NCBI RefSeq assembly: GCF_036365525.1
Contig: NC_090387.1
Span: 89,321,691 to 89,385,690 of the forward strand
DNA: 64,000 bases
Reading direction: 5' to 3'
Origin: Heterodontus francisci
Taxonomy: Eukaryota
Shown here one piece after another: positions 50,471-62,449 of this stretch. Each line of letters begins with the position of its first letter. The stretch's first letter is position 1. The position numbers were made by a program, and so were the translations under genes. The notes below the pieces were generated by a model, which was not told the origin of the DNA, ran no database searches, and saw only the letters and a program-made list of their open reading frames with translations.

Positions 50471-51439
50471 GTTGTTTATAAGACTTTCTTTTGCTTAAAT
50501 TAGCTGCTGCATTTCTCTACATTTCAAAGTATTCTATTGATTGCAAAGTGGTTTGAGTCGGCATGGTGTAGTAGAAGGCACAGCCTTTTTGCTTCTTTAT
50601 CAGCATTGAAGCAAAATTTTCTTTTATTTTCTTATTGTTGTTGTCATTATACTTGATCATTCCTACACTTTCTGGCCAGCTTTCCATTTTCCATCCTGTA
50701 TAAGCTAAAGTTCATCCAAATCTCTGCTTCCTGTCTCCCGACTCGCATCAGTTCCAATTCAACTGCTCACTGACCTGCACTGCCTCCTGGTTAAGCAATA
50801 CCGCAGATTACAGATTCTGCTAGAACTTTTCAGGTCTCTGTGACTTTTCAGCAGAACTGGCAAAAGTTAGAAATGTAATAGGGTTTGAGCAAGTAAAAGG
50901 GGAAAGGGGGGCGGCTGTTAATAGAAGAACAAAAAACAAGATCCCGTCGGCGGCGCCAAATGAGCATTTAATTACGCAGATTTGTTATCCGCCTCGACCA
51001 GGCGAGTTGCATCTGCAGGTGCTGAACCACCTCCGGGAAGGTCGCCCAGAGGTGGAAACGCGTGAGGCCACTGACCCGACGCGCGTCTTTCGCAGATATC
51101 CGCCCCGGTCTCCTTGGGGCCGTGAAGATTCTGCTCTAATTCCGCCATGGTGCACACCTCTTGTTTAGTGTCTGAAAGGCTGAGAATATATGCATTCATA
51201 GAACTGCTGGCAGGGCCAAATTTTCTTTGGCCAAGTCCATCCTCAATAGGCCCTAACACAGGGGGAAAAGCGGAAGAAATTTTAGACTAGCCTGTGGAGG
51301 AGCAGAGCTAACATGCCAGTCTCGCGCCAAGGAGTGACAAGCGTTTCATGATAGAGGTCCTGAATTTCGATGGGTTTCGAATCTTCTTCCGCAATGTTGG
51401 TGGAATTTCGGTGGACATCCTGGAGAAACAGAATGAATT

Positions 51440-54030
51440 GTCATTTTCAGGTCTGCTCCACATCACCTAAACATATTGCACGATATTTACTGGCACAGTT
51501 TTCGGTTGTCAGAAACCGAAGGCAGCAGAAACTATCTGGAGAAGGAATGGTGCACCTATGTCTAAACCCCGTGGGGAAGATGGTGCAAGTTATTATCGGA
51601 ACAGCCCTAGCTGTGGCCGTGGACAGAAGCAGGGCAGAAACTAATGGAGATGATGATACCTCATACTTAATATTCCTCACATCCTACTTCCTCCTCATTA
51701 AACATAGTGTCCTGACTTACAAGTTTGCAGATAGTGTAACCATGCATCTCTGTGTTTCCCCTCCCTCCCTACACCACAGCCTTACATTTGTGCCATTTTC
51801 CTTTCAGGTGTCCAGGAGGTAAAACGTAGTGTTGGAAGACCTAGAAAACAGCAATTATGAAGACACAGTACGGTCACTAGATTTCACATTCACAGTCACT
51901 TGCTTAGATATTGACATTGCATGAGTCCTAGGGGATAAATTAGAAGTGAAATCTGCACATGGGGAGACACTGGGCACAAGTGGACTTCAGCAATGGCAGG
52001 CAAAAAGGATAGCACACGTGCCAGCTCACTGGAGGGTGAAGTCACGTACGAGATTTGCTACAAAGCAGTCAAATGAAGATTTTGATGGGAGAGGATAGAG
52101 GGAGGTTGGTAGTTACACACAACGAATGTTTGCTGCACCAAGGTGCCTAGCAGAAAGCCTGCATTCAATATCAATGAACATGGAGGAGTCCAGCACCAAC
52201 TTTGCACAGGGCTATGAGCAGAGCTTGGATTCAATACTTTCCAGCATAGAAATAGTGCCAATTTCATCAGCATACTCTGGAGTCAACAATAATGCAGCGT
52301 CTAATGCAGCCCGTGTTTCAGTATCCATTGCAGAACGTTCAGCCTCCACCAAAAGTATGAATGCTGCAGTGGAAGCTCAGACTGATGTCATGCAATTTCA
52401 GCTTGCTACCGTGCAAGCTCAGACTCAGACTCAGACTGCTGCCATCAATGTTCAAAGGTTCTTGCAGGCTATCAGAGCATTCCAGCAATCTTTCCTCAAA
52501 CAGATTACTAGGAATGCTGAGACCACCCCAAGGGAAAAGCGATGGCTCCAGGGAACAAGAAATGCTGCTCTCCCTCGGGATGACGTCGTTCGTCCTTCCA
52601 GTCCACCAGTGCCCTTGTTGTTGCCTGTCTGCCAGACAGCCCAGGCTTCCGCCACCCAAGCCGATTTGGTACCATCTGAAGTACCACCTTCAAGGCTCAC
52701 AGCTGCTCGAGGTCGTCCTCCAACGCCATTGCTGCCTTTTGAATACAAGGTGAACAGCCTTTGGGAAAGCACTGCGTAGGATAACTAGCACAAGTGCAGA
52801 TACCTGCAAGACAAGTATTAAGGGAAGGCACAAGAGTGATTAGCTTAAGTCTCTGTGCAATATTACATGACTTCATTTATACATTTGGTCAGAAATATTC
52901 ATTTTCTGATGGTTTTATTTTTGTGTTGTGGCCAATAGGATGATGTGACAGTCGGTGAGGGATTGAGGGTATGGAATGTGGGACTGTGGTGGATGGGGAA
53001 TTGGGGTTGCAATTACAGGTAACACGCAGATATCACAGCTATCAATATCCGAGTTGTCCACGTTAAACCTGTGCAGAATGTCACTGCATAGGTTGCTGCC
53101 TCCCTTTCTCTTCTCACACTTTTCCCGCCCCTCCTTTTCTACGTGATTCTTCTGCTCAGCTACTCATGTCATCGCTGGTGGCAAGAGCTGCCATCTCACG
53201 ATATGCAGTATGCAACACACCACCATGAATCTGGAAGCCGGCTTAGCCAAATACTACTCTAAATCTGTCCAGGCAGTGGAATCGTTGTTTCAGTACATCA
53301 AAGGTCTATTAGATTTCTTGTAGCAGCAGGTTTCTGTTTGTATACACACTGCATAAGTGTGCATGTATTGTGAACCGGAGTCAGGAGCCATGTTGTCAGC
53401 AGATACTTCTGCTCACCCAATAGCCGTACTTTGATTTCTCCTGATGAATGAAATATACCTGACACAATCGATTGACATCGAATGAAGACATTATTGCTGC
53501 TGCTAGGATCCCGGGCATTGACTTATATGATCACACTTCAGGTGAACATTGAGGGACTAGAATCCCAAAGCATTGTGCCTGCAGTCGCTGGCTGCCTGCA
53601 CCATGGGGAAGCCTGTAATTCTTGGAAAGCCTCGTTCTCAATCTGCCAGCTTGCCTCTGAAATGAAATTAATTATTTTTGAATAGTAGGTGACCTTGCTT
53701 ATGCAATAGTGGATTGCATTTTACTAAGATCTCCAGCTCCAGCCTGGAAAGAGCCAGATGTACAACAGTTGATTGCCATAGTCAGCTTCACAGCTGTTGC
53801 CAATGTGGCTACAGCACTTGGTGTATTTCAATGTGGACCTCCTTAGACTGCTCTTGCACTGTTTTTGATTGAGGTTCAGGTAGGACAATTGCTCTCTGAA
53901 CACTCTGGGCAGGTATGGCCTTCTGCTGAAACCCTTTCTCCCACACTCTCCTCTTCCTCTCTTTTCCAGCAGCCTGCCCAGCTCTGCATGGTCTCATCTC
54001 ATTTGTTCCGTCATGCTCTACTGCAAAGGA
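51440..54030. mobile_element. Decayed PIF/Harbinger transposon: Myb/SANT-type ORF remnant (+) converging on a transposase remnant (-)
   Basis: Minus strand about 53190-53830: AVKLTMAINCCTSGSFQAGAGDL, WLLTPVHN, VLKQRFHCLD, FMVVCCILH. Plus strand about 51510-51600: RNRRQQKLSGEG...IIG, plus the coiled-coil-like ORF 52126-52779. Confidence 0.7.
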
Positions 54031-55344
54031 AGGCCTACTAGTTCACCCATGCCTGAAAGCAACTGGTTTGTACAGGAGTCTTGAAGTTCAGCACTAAGTA
54101 CTTTAGCACATGCCACATCACTCCCTGCAGACTCTTGAAGCTTGAAACAATTATGGACAAAATGGGGAAGGTTTCGAGTTGCAGAACAACCAGAAGAAAT
54201 CAAGAAGCAACTAATTTGTAAGTAGTTCATGATCCATGTAAAAGTACTGGTGGATGGTGCTTTCCTCCTGCTTAAAGACTGTTTAGTTGTGTGATGCCTA
54301 AAAGCGGGCATTGGTTGGACCGTTGAGCTCCAATATGCAGAGTTATGGGGACTAAATTGGACAGCTCTTCGAAGAGGCTGCTTAGGCACGCTGGGCCAAA
54401 TGGCTTCTTTCGATACTGTAAGACTGTCCGATTCTGTCGGAAATCTTACTTGTGCTGGGATAGGTGGCAGCCTGCGGAAGGTCGTGTGAGAACAGATAAG
54501 AGGGGGGGAAATAAACACTACTTTATCAATCCACCAGTCGCAGATGCATCTACCTGGCCTGCATACTTCCACTGCGTACAAATTAACAGCTGCACCAAGA
54601 TGGTTTTTGACATACTTTGCATCACAAGTGTGCACGCGTGTCCAGACGCCATTTTGCACCGAGCGGCCAAAAAGCGGGCGTTATTGAGCCCAATTTCTCG
54701 CCCAGCACGGCTCAGCCATTGGTTGAAGAGGCACACTGCGCTCACACACACCACAGATCCCCTGTAGATGGCAGCATACTGTAAAGCATCGCGTGAAAGC
54801 CGAAGTTGCTGCTCAAAAGTTCACGAAACCTCTGTGGACAGTTGTCAACGGAATGAACAGCGAGAGCCGCTCTTTTGTTCGTGACTGCAAAATTGGGGGA
54901 CAAAGTCTTCATACACTTCACTGTGGGGATGGATTGATGCATTATACACTGACAACCTGGTGACTATCTTTCCATTATCCCTGTCCCTCTCTTTCAGACC
55001 TGTGCCAAACGTTCTTCCCTCCCTGCATCTGTCCATGATCAATAGATGCATCAAGGAATCTACGGGTCACTATGTCCCCTGTACACGTGTTCCTATGTCC
55101 CCTGTACACGTGTTCCGAGATTATTTTTCGACAAACCTTTTTTTTTGTAGGTAAACAGTAATATTTATGTCTGTGCCCCTGCGTTTGAAGCATCTGTAAG
55201 CCATTAAATGCTATGACAGACGAGCTCACCCTTCTCACAACCCGTTATCGACTTTGTGTATTGAGTCACATCCGAGTTTGGATGAAACATGAGAAAGATC
55301 TGCATTGCTGATGATATTTTTATAGTAAGAGTCTCCGAGCATTG

Positions 55345-56025
55345 AGTCACAGAATCACAGAATAATACAGTGCAAAGGAGGCCCTTCCGCCCATCGTGTC
55401 TGCACCGATGCATTAAAGACACCTGACCTGTCTACCTAATCCCATTTGCCAGCACTTGGCCCATAGCCTTGAATGTTATGACGTGCCAAGTGCTCATCCA
55501 GGTACGTTTTCAAGGATGTGAGGCAACCCGCCTCTACCACCCTCCCAGGCAGGGCATTCCAGACCGTCACCACCCTCTGGGTAAAAAAGTTCTTCCTCAA
55601 ATCCCCCTTAAACCTCCCACCCCTCACCTTAAATTTGTGACCCCTCATAACTGACCCTTCAACTAAGGGGAACAGTTGCTCCCTATCCACCCTGTCCATG
55701 CCCCTCATAATCTTGTACACCTCGATCATCTTCTCTGCTCCAACGAAAACAACCCAAGCCTATCCAAACTCTCTTCATAGCTTAAATGTTCCATCCCAGG
55801 CAACATCCTAGTGAATCACCTCTGCACCCCCTCCAGTGCAATCACATTCTTCCTATAATGTGGCGACCAGAATTGCACACAGTACTCCAGCTGTGGCCTT
55901 ACCAAAGTTCTGTACAACTCCAACATGACCTCCCTGCTTTTGTAATCTATGCCTCGATTGATAAAGGAAAGTGTCCCATATGCCTTTTTCACCACCCTAT
56001 TAACCTGCCCTTTTGCCTTCAGAGA
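55345..56025 (-). mobile_element. CR1/HER1 LINE 3' end
   Basis: ORF 55436-55729 IEVYKIMRGMDRV...FFTQRVV..WNALP; tail CACAGAAT repeats at about 55348-55363. Confidence 0.9.
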
Positions 56026-56539
56026 TCATTAATTGGATAGTTATTCGTAGTTTACCTGGCTACTTTTACCAATTATCAAATAAAAGGTGGCACAGAAAAC
56101 AACATAAGCGGCCGTGCTGCACACTGCACCTAGTTTATGTTGGGTTTTCAGCAGTCACTGAAGTTGCCGCGGGAGACCTAAAGTGTTATCAGTAAATTTA
56201 TGGGCCGTAGAGCTTTAAATATTTCACAATTTCCTGCACTGCGGTTCGAAACATCTCTGCTGTCTTGGTTGAAATGACGTAGATCATTGTGGGAGAATGT
56301 TGCCGCAGCTCTCGCAATGTCCCGCCGTATCTTCTCCGGACGATTAACGCAAACGCTGCACGAACAAGTAACGGCTGGATTTAACCATTCTTGCCATTTT
56401 CCTGGGAGTCTGCCTGTTTCCTGTCAGAGAACTCCGTGAACATTTTATGCTCACTGCCCTGAAATCCACCCTCTCCGGACCAGTCCATGCCCTTTTCATT
56501 ACAGCTTTCCTTAATGTAGGAGGTCCTGAGGCCGGTCCA

Positions 56540-59335
56540 GCTGCTGTGTGTAATGAAAGCGGGCGGACCACCTGGCATCAGTCTAGTCACCAGAAATGGC
56601 AACGGCACGCCAAACCCTGCAGAATTCTCCTTGCTAACATCTGGAGGCTTGTGCCGCAATTGGGAGAGCTGTCCCACAGACTCGTCAAGCAACTGCCTGG
56701 CATAGTCATACTGTCAGAATCATATCTTACAGCCTGGGCACCACCATCACCACCCCGGGGCATGTCCTGTCCCACCGGCAGGACAGGCCCTGCAACGGTG
56801 GCAGCTCAGTGGTATATATTCGGGAGAAGTGACCTGGGAGTAATCCTTCACATTGAATCTGGACTGCATGAAGTCTCATGGCATCAGGTCAAACATGGGC
56901 ATGGAAACCTGCTAATTATCACCTGGCAGAAGCACTGAGGGTCCATCATCAAGAGTACTTCGGTAGCACCACGACTGACTGAGCCTGCCGAGTCCTGAAG
57001 GACATATCTGCCAGACTAGGCCTGTGGAAGGTGGTTTGGAAACCAAAAAGGGAGAAGAATCTGCTACAGTATGTCCTCATCAATCCACCAGTCGCAGATG
57101 CATCCATTACTGTATAGGTAAGATTGACCACCACAAAGTCCTTGTGAAGACGAAGTCCTGTCTGCACACAGGGGATATCATCTATCGTGTTGTCTGGCAC
57201 TACAACCATACTAAATGGGATAGATTCAGAACAGATCTAGCAGCTCCAAACTGGGCATCCAAGAGGCGCTGAGGACCATCAGCAGCAGAAGAATTGTATT
57301 CAACTACAATCTGGAACCTCATGGCCCGGCATATCCCTCATTCTGCCATTATGATCAAGTCAAAGGATCAACACTAGTTCGTTGAAGAGTTTAGAGGGGT
57401 ATGTCGGCATCAGAGCCAGGCATACCTAAAAATGAGGTGTCAACCTGGTGAAGCTACAGCACGGGGTTACTTGCATACCAAACAGCTGAAGCAGTATGCA
57501 ATAGACTGGGTTCAGCGATCCCACAACCAACCAATGAAGTCAAAGATCTGCAGTCCTGCCACATCTAGTTGTGAATTGTAGTGAATGGACACTTAAGCAG
57601 CTAACAGGAAGAGGAGGCTCCACAAATATCCCCATACTCAATGATGGAGGAGCATAGAACATCAGTGCAAAACACAAGGTCGAAACATTTGCATCCCCGT
57701 TCAGCCAGAAGTGCCAAGTCGATGATCCATCTCGGCCTCCTGCTGAGGTTCCCAACATCACAGATACTCTACGTGATATCACAAAACAGCTGAAGGCACT
57801 GGATGCTGCAAAGACTTGGTTCCTGACAACATCCCGGCAAAAGTACTGAAGCCTTGTGCTCCAGAGCTAGCCATGCCCGTAGCCAAGATTTTCCAGTACA
57901 GCTACAAAAGTGGCATCTACCCGACAATGTGGAAAATTGCCCAGGTATGTCCTATCCACAAAAAAACAGAAGAAACCCAATACAGGCAATTACGGCCACA
58001 CGAACCTGTTCTCGATCATCAGCAATGTCATGCGAGGTGTCATTGACAGTGCTATCAAACAGCACTTACACAGCAATAACTTACTCACTGACGCTCAGAT
58101 TGGGTTCTACCAGGGCTACTCGGCTCCTGACCTCGTTACAGCCCTGGTCCAAACATGAACAAACGATCTCAAGGTGGAGGTGAAAGTGACTGCCTTTGAC
58201 ATTAAGGCAGTATTTGACTGAGTATGGCATCAACGATCCCGCACAAAATTGAAGTAAATGGGAATCAAGGGGAAAACTCTCCACTGGTTGGAGTTACTCC
58301 TGTCACAAAGGAAGATGGTTGTGGTTGTTGGAGGCCAATCATCTCAGCTCCAGGACATCACTGCAGGAGTTCCTCAAGGTAGTGTCCTAGGCTCAACCAT
58401 CTTCAGCTGCTTCATCAATGCCCTTCCTTCAATCATAAGAAGTGGGGATGTTCGCTGATGGTTGCACAATGTTCAGCACCATTCACGACTCCTCAGATAC
58501 TAAAGCAGCCCATGTCCATACACAGTGAGACCTGGATGACATTCAGGCTTCGGCTGATAAGCGGCAAGTAACATTCACATCACACTAGTGACAGACAATG
58601 ATCATGTCCAACAAGAGAGAATCTAACCATCTCCCCTTCACATTCAACGGCATTATCATTGCTGAATCATCCATTATCAACATCCTGGGGGGTTACCATT
58701 GACCAGAAACTGGACTCGAACAGCCATATAAATACTATGGCTACAAGAGCAGGTCAGAGACTGGAAATTCTGCGGTGCGTAACTCACCTGCTGACTCCTA
58801 AAAGCCTGTCCGCCATTTGCAAAGCCCAAGTGTGATGGAATACTGTAAACTTTTCCGGATGTGTGCGGATCCTCCAACATTCAAAAAGCTCGAAACCATT
58901 CAGGACACATTTGCCCACTCGACCAGCATCCCACCTTGAACATTCACTCCCTTCAGCACTGATGCACAGTGGCAGCAGTATGTAATATATACAAGATGTA
59001 CTGCAGCAACACACCAAGGCTCCTTCCACAGCACCTTTTAAATCAGTGACCTCTTCCACTTAGAAAGACAGGGGAAGCAGTTGCATGGGAGCACCACCAC
59101 CTGCACGTTCCCCTCCAAACCACACACCATCCTGACTTGGAACGATATCGTTCCTTCACTGCTACTGGATGAAAACCCTTAAATTCCCTTCCTAATATAA
59201 CTGTGGGTGTACCCGTGCACGATGGAGAGCAGCGGTTCAAGAACATGCCACCACCACCTTCTCAATGGCAATTAGGGATGGTAATGAATGCTGACCTTCC
59301 CAACAATGCCCACATCCCATGAACGAATAAAAAAT
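56540..59335 (+). mobile_element. LINE family B (CR1/L2 group), long degraded ORF2 (endonuclease plus RT) and 3' UTR
   Basis: ILLANIWRL...IVILSESYL, PDNIPAKVLK..APELA, WKIAQVCPIHKK, AQIGFYQGYS, GVPQGSVLG; the tail ends about 180 bp upstream of the gene 2 ATG. Confidence 0.88.
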
Positions 59336-59345
59336 ATTGCGAGCG

Positions 59346-59359
59346 GCGCCCTCTTCTGG
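59346..59359 (-). promoter_or_regulatory. CTCF-like motif upstream of gene 2
   Basis: The reverse complement CCAGAAGAGGGCGC matches CCASYAGRKGGCRS at 13 of 14 positions. Confidence 0.4.
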
Positions 59360-59515
59360 CGGATTGACAACTGTTTTAGCAAAGGGACAACCCAAATATT
59401 TTCTGAACCCATACACAGGATGTTACGCTTCTTTGAGGCGTTTGTCGCACTCCGACCCTTCGGCGTTCTTACAAACCATCAGCCACTTCATGATCTGTCC
59501 TTTGAGTGATCCAGA

Positions 59516-59570
59516 ATGTTCGCGAGTGTTGTACTTCAGTGCCTCTCCGTTTTGGGGATCGTATTCACAG
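59516..59570 (+). CDS. Gene 2 exon: signal peptide MFASVVLQCLSVLGIVFT
   Basis: CLSxLGIVxx motif shared with the gene 1 leader; donor ACAG|GTAACA. Confidence 0.85.
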
Positions 59571-62428
59571 GTAACAGTTCCCTCCATACCATAGTTTAGT
59601 TTAGTGATACAACACTGAAACCGGCCCTTCGGCCCACTGTGCCGACCATCAACCACCCATTTATACTAATCCTCCACTAATCCCATATTCCTGCCACATC
59701 CCCACCTGTCGCGATATTTCCCTACCACCTACCTATACTAGGGGCAATCTATAATGGCCAATTTACCTATCAACCTGCAAGTCTTTGGCATGTGGGAGGA
59801 AACCGGAGCACCCGGAGGAAACCCACGAAAACACAGGGAGAACTTACAAACTCCACACAGTACCCGGAATCGAACCCGGGTCGCTGGAGCTGTGAGGCTG
59901 CGGTGCTAACCACTGCGCCACTGTGCTTTCCCATTGAATCTGGTAGTTATTTAGCTTTCCTTTGATATAACATGTTTCATTTTCCTTTGTACATATTCCC
60001 TGATTCCCTCGCGCTTTTTCTTCTGTAATACTATTTTATTAGCATATTTTCCGATAGCTTGCGGCGAAACGTCAGTCAAAGTGAATCAGTACCCTGAGAG
60101 TACGAGCATAAACCTGGGAAGAAATGTTTCCTTTCGCTGCACGCTTCCCATCTTTGAAGACGGCCCACCTGTGAATGTCTACTGGTGGAAGGAGGGTGAT
60201 AATCAATATCTAATCACAGGACAGGATGACAGAAAATTAATTAGCTTTAAGACTGGAATCAGCGGCGTTCTTTGGATAATCAATGTGAGTGTACAAGACG
60301 CAGGAGCATACTATTGCACTGTCGCTCATCGAGGCAAAATAGTTGGAAACGGAACGGGATCCAATTTAGTTGTAACGGGTACGTATGAAAAAAAACGACT
60401 GACATCCCTGTAACTGTAATATTTCACAATTCGGAACATTTCTTGACCGTACTTCGAAGGATTCACATCGCAAATTAAATTCCATTATTTTAGCATGCAT
60501 ACATTCAAATTGCACGTGTCACGGCTGCAATTATTGTTGATATGCTTCACAACATTTCAGCAATATTGATCAAGACAAGCATTATCTCTTAGTTGCTTGG
60601 TTTCCAAAATACACAGGAAACGTTATACAGAAAATGATTGAAGTTAAAACTGCAGTATCATTTACGGAGTTGTGTATCTCGACAGTGTGAGATGCCAGCG
60701 CGATCTGCCGCTCTGAGCACAGATATTGCCCTATTTGAGATATATATTGTCTCCGTTACGAGGGACTGACTGTTTCTATCTGGATTCAGATTTCCGTAGC
60801 TCTAATTTAATCATCTATATGTCAGGATTGTCATTCAAAGGCATTACCATCGCTGAATCCCCACTATCAACATCCTAGGGGAAACCATTGACCAGAAACT
60901 GAACTGGAGTAGCCATATAAATACCGTGGCTGCAAGAGCAGGTCAGAGGCTAAGAATCCTGAGGTGAGTAACTCACCTCCACGCTCCCCAAAGCCTGTGC
61001 ACCATTGACAGGGCACAAGTCAGGAGTGTGATGGAATGCTCTACACTTGCCTGGACGGGTGCAGTTCCGACAACACTCAAGAAGCTCGACACCATCCAGG
61101 ACAAAGCAGCCCGCTTGATTGGCACCCCATCTACAAACATTCATTCCCTCCACCACTGACGCACAGTGGCAGCAGTGTGTACCATCTACAAGATGCACTG
61201 CAGTAGTGCACCAAGGCTCCTTTGACAGCACCTTCCAAACCCGTGACCTCTACCATCTAGAAGGACAAGGGCAGCAAATGCATGGGAACACCATCACCTG
61301 CAAGTTCCCCTCCAAGTCACACATAATCCTGATTTGGGACTATATCGCTGTTCCTTCACTGTCGCTGAGTCAAAATCCTGGAATTCCCTTCCTAACAGCA
61401 CAGTGGGTATACCTACCCCAAATGGACTGCAGCGGTTCAAGAAGGCAGCTCACCACCAACTTCGCAAGGGCAATTAGGGATGGGCAATAAATGCTGGCCT
61501 GGCCAGCGACTCCCACGTCGCATGAATGAATTTTAAAAAGTATCTTTGAAAGGGCATATTACTAACAGCTAAATTTCACATTCTGTAGATTGAGCCTCCG
61601 GTCCAATTTTTCTTAATGATTTTCACCTCCTGTAAATAATGTATCATCCTGGACCTTGGTGCCAATGTCCCTCTAGTTTGGTAAATTATATTTTCTCATC
61701 AGTTCTTATGTTCAACCGGGTCGGCAGCGGTGCCGCGAAACAGGGAATGCAACGCAAATTACATCACGCTCAATTTTCTTTCCCATTTGAATAGAAAATT
61801 GGGAGGGCTGGAAAACGGACGACCCACTCGCTTTCATCCGTTTTTTTTTTTGCCCGGCGGTAACATTGCAACTACTGCCGAAATAATGGCGATACTTGTG
61901 AAAATCCATTTCTACTACTGACAGCGCAAAGTGAACATCCATGCAGTGCCACAAAGACTCATCCCCTCACCGCACCCTCCACTGCCACCCCACCCACCAC
62001 CCCCCACCCCCCGCGACATCCTCCAGTGTAAAGTTCGAAATGGGCTGAAACAAAACGTCGGGTTGTTAACCTTGATTAATGTCCCATTAACGATATTTTC
62101 CTTCATTATTTTTTAGCTCCACCAACTCCACTGAAAATTAACTCTCAGCAACCTGAGAAGGATTCATCTGTTTCTCTGACTGTTGTGTGCGTGACATCTC
62201 CCTTTTATCCAGAGAGTATCAGCTTCACTTGGTATAAGGATGGCAACAAAACTACAACAGGGATAAGTAACGATATTGAACCCAACACCGACGGACTATA
62301 TGAAGCCTCCAGCCGCTTGCAAGAGACGCAGTTTGTCCCGCCCGGAACTGTTTATATCTGCCTGGTCTCTCACAGTAGCCTCCAAAATGCAGCCATTGCC
62401 ACTTACATTGTCACCTATCACAGCACAG
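59516..62428 (+). CDS. IgSF receptor gene 2 (3'-partial): leader-V(J-joined)-C1; join(59516..59570,60058..60378,62117..62428)
   Basis: Three open exons with GT-AG phase-1 introns and the same sizes as in gene 1. The C1 exon ends at a donor, and the TM exon was not found before 64000. Confidence 0.88.
59594..59935 (-). mobile_element. HE1-type tRNA-derived SINE in intron 1 of gene 2
   Basis: Minus-strand A box TGGCGCAGTGG, B box GGTTCGATTCC, and HER1-like tail GGGCCGAAGGGCC...(CTAAA)n. Confidence 0.88.
60058..60378 (+). CDS. Gene 2 exon: Ig V-set domain with a germline J-like GNGTGSNLVV strand
   Basis: Acceptor cgatag|; VNQYPES, NVSFRC, VYWW, LWIINVSVQDAGAYYC; donor ACGG|GTACGT; 321 nt. Confidence 0.93.
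60830..61540 (+). mobile_element. LINE family B 3' fragment in intron 2 of gene 2
   Basis: KKLDTIQDKAARLIG remnant and the family tail. Confidence 0.85.
62117..62428 (+). CDS. Gene 2 exon: Ig C1-set domain
   Basis: Acceptor ttttag|; LTVVCVTSPFYPESISFTWYKDG, NTDGLYEASSRL, YICLVSH; donor ACAG|GTGAGA; 312 nt. Confidence 0.93.
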
Positions 62429-62449
62429 GTGAGATTTCAGATAAAATTC

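Noticed and set aside
54018-54767. 213-aa and 140-aa overlapping ORFs
   Set aside because: They span a patchwork of repeat fragments and have no recognisable domain or exon signals.
59870-59930. tRNA-like sequence (also at about 63258-63325)
   Set aside because: These are the tRNA-derived heads of SINEs, continuing into the SINE body and LINE-derived tail.
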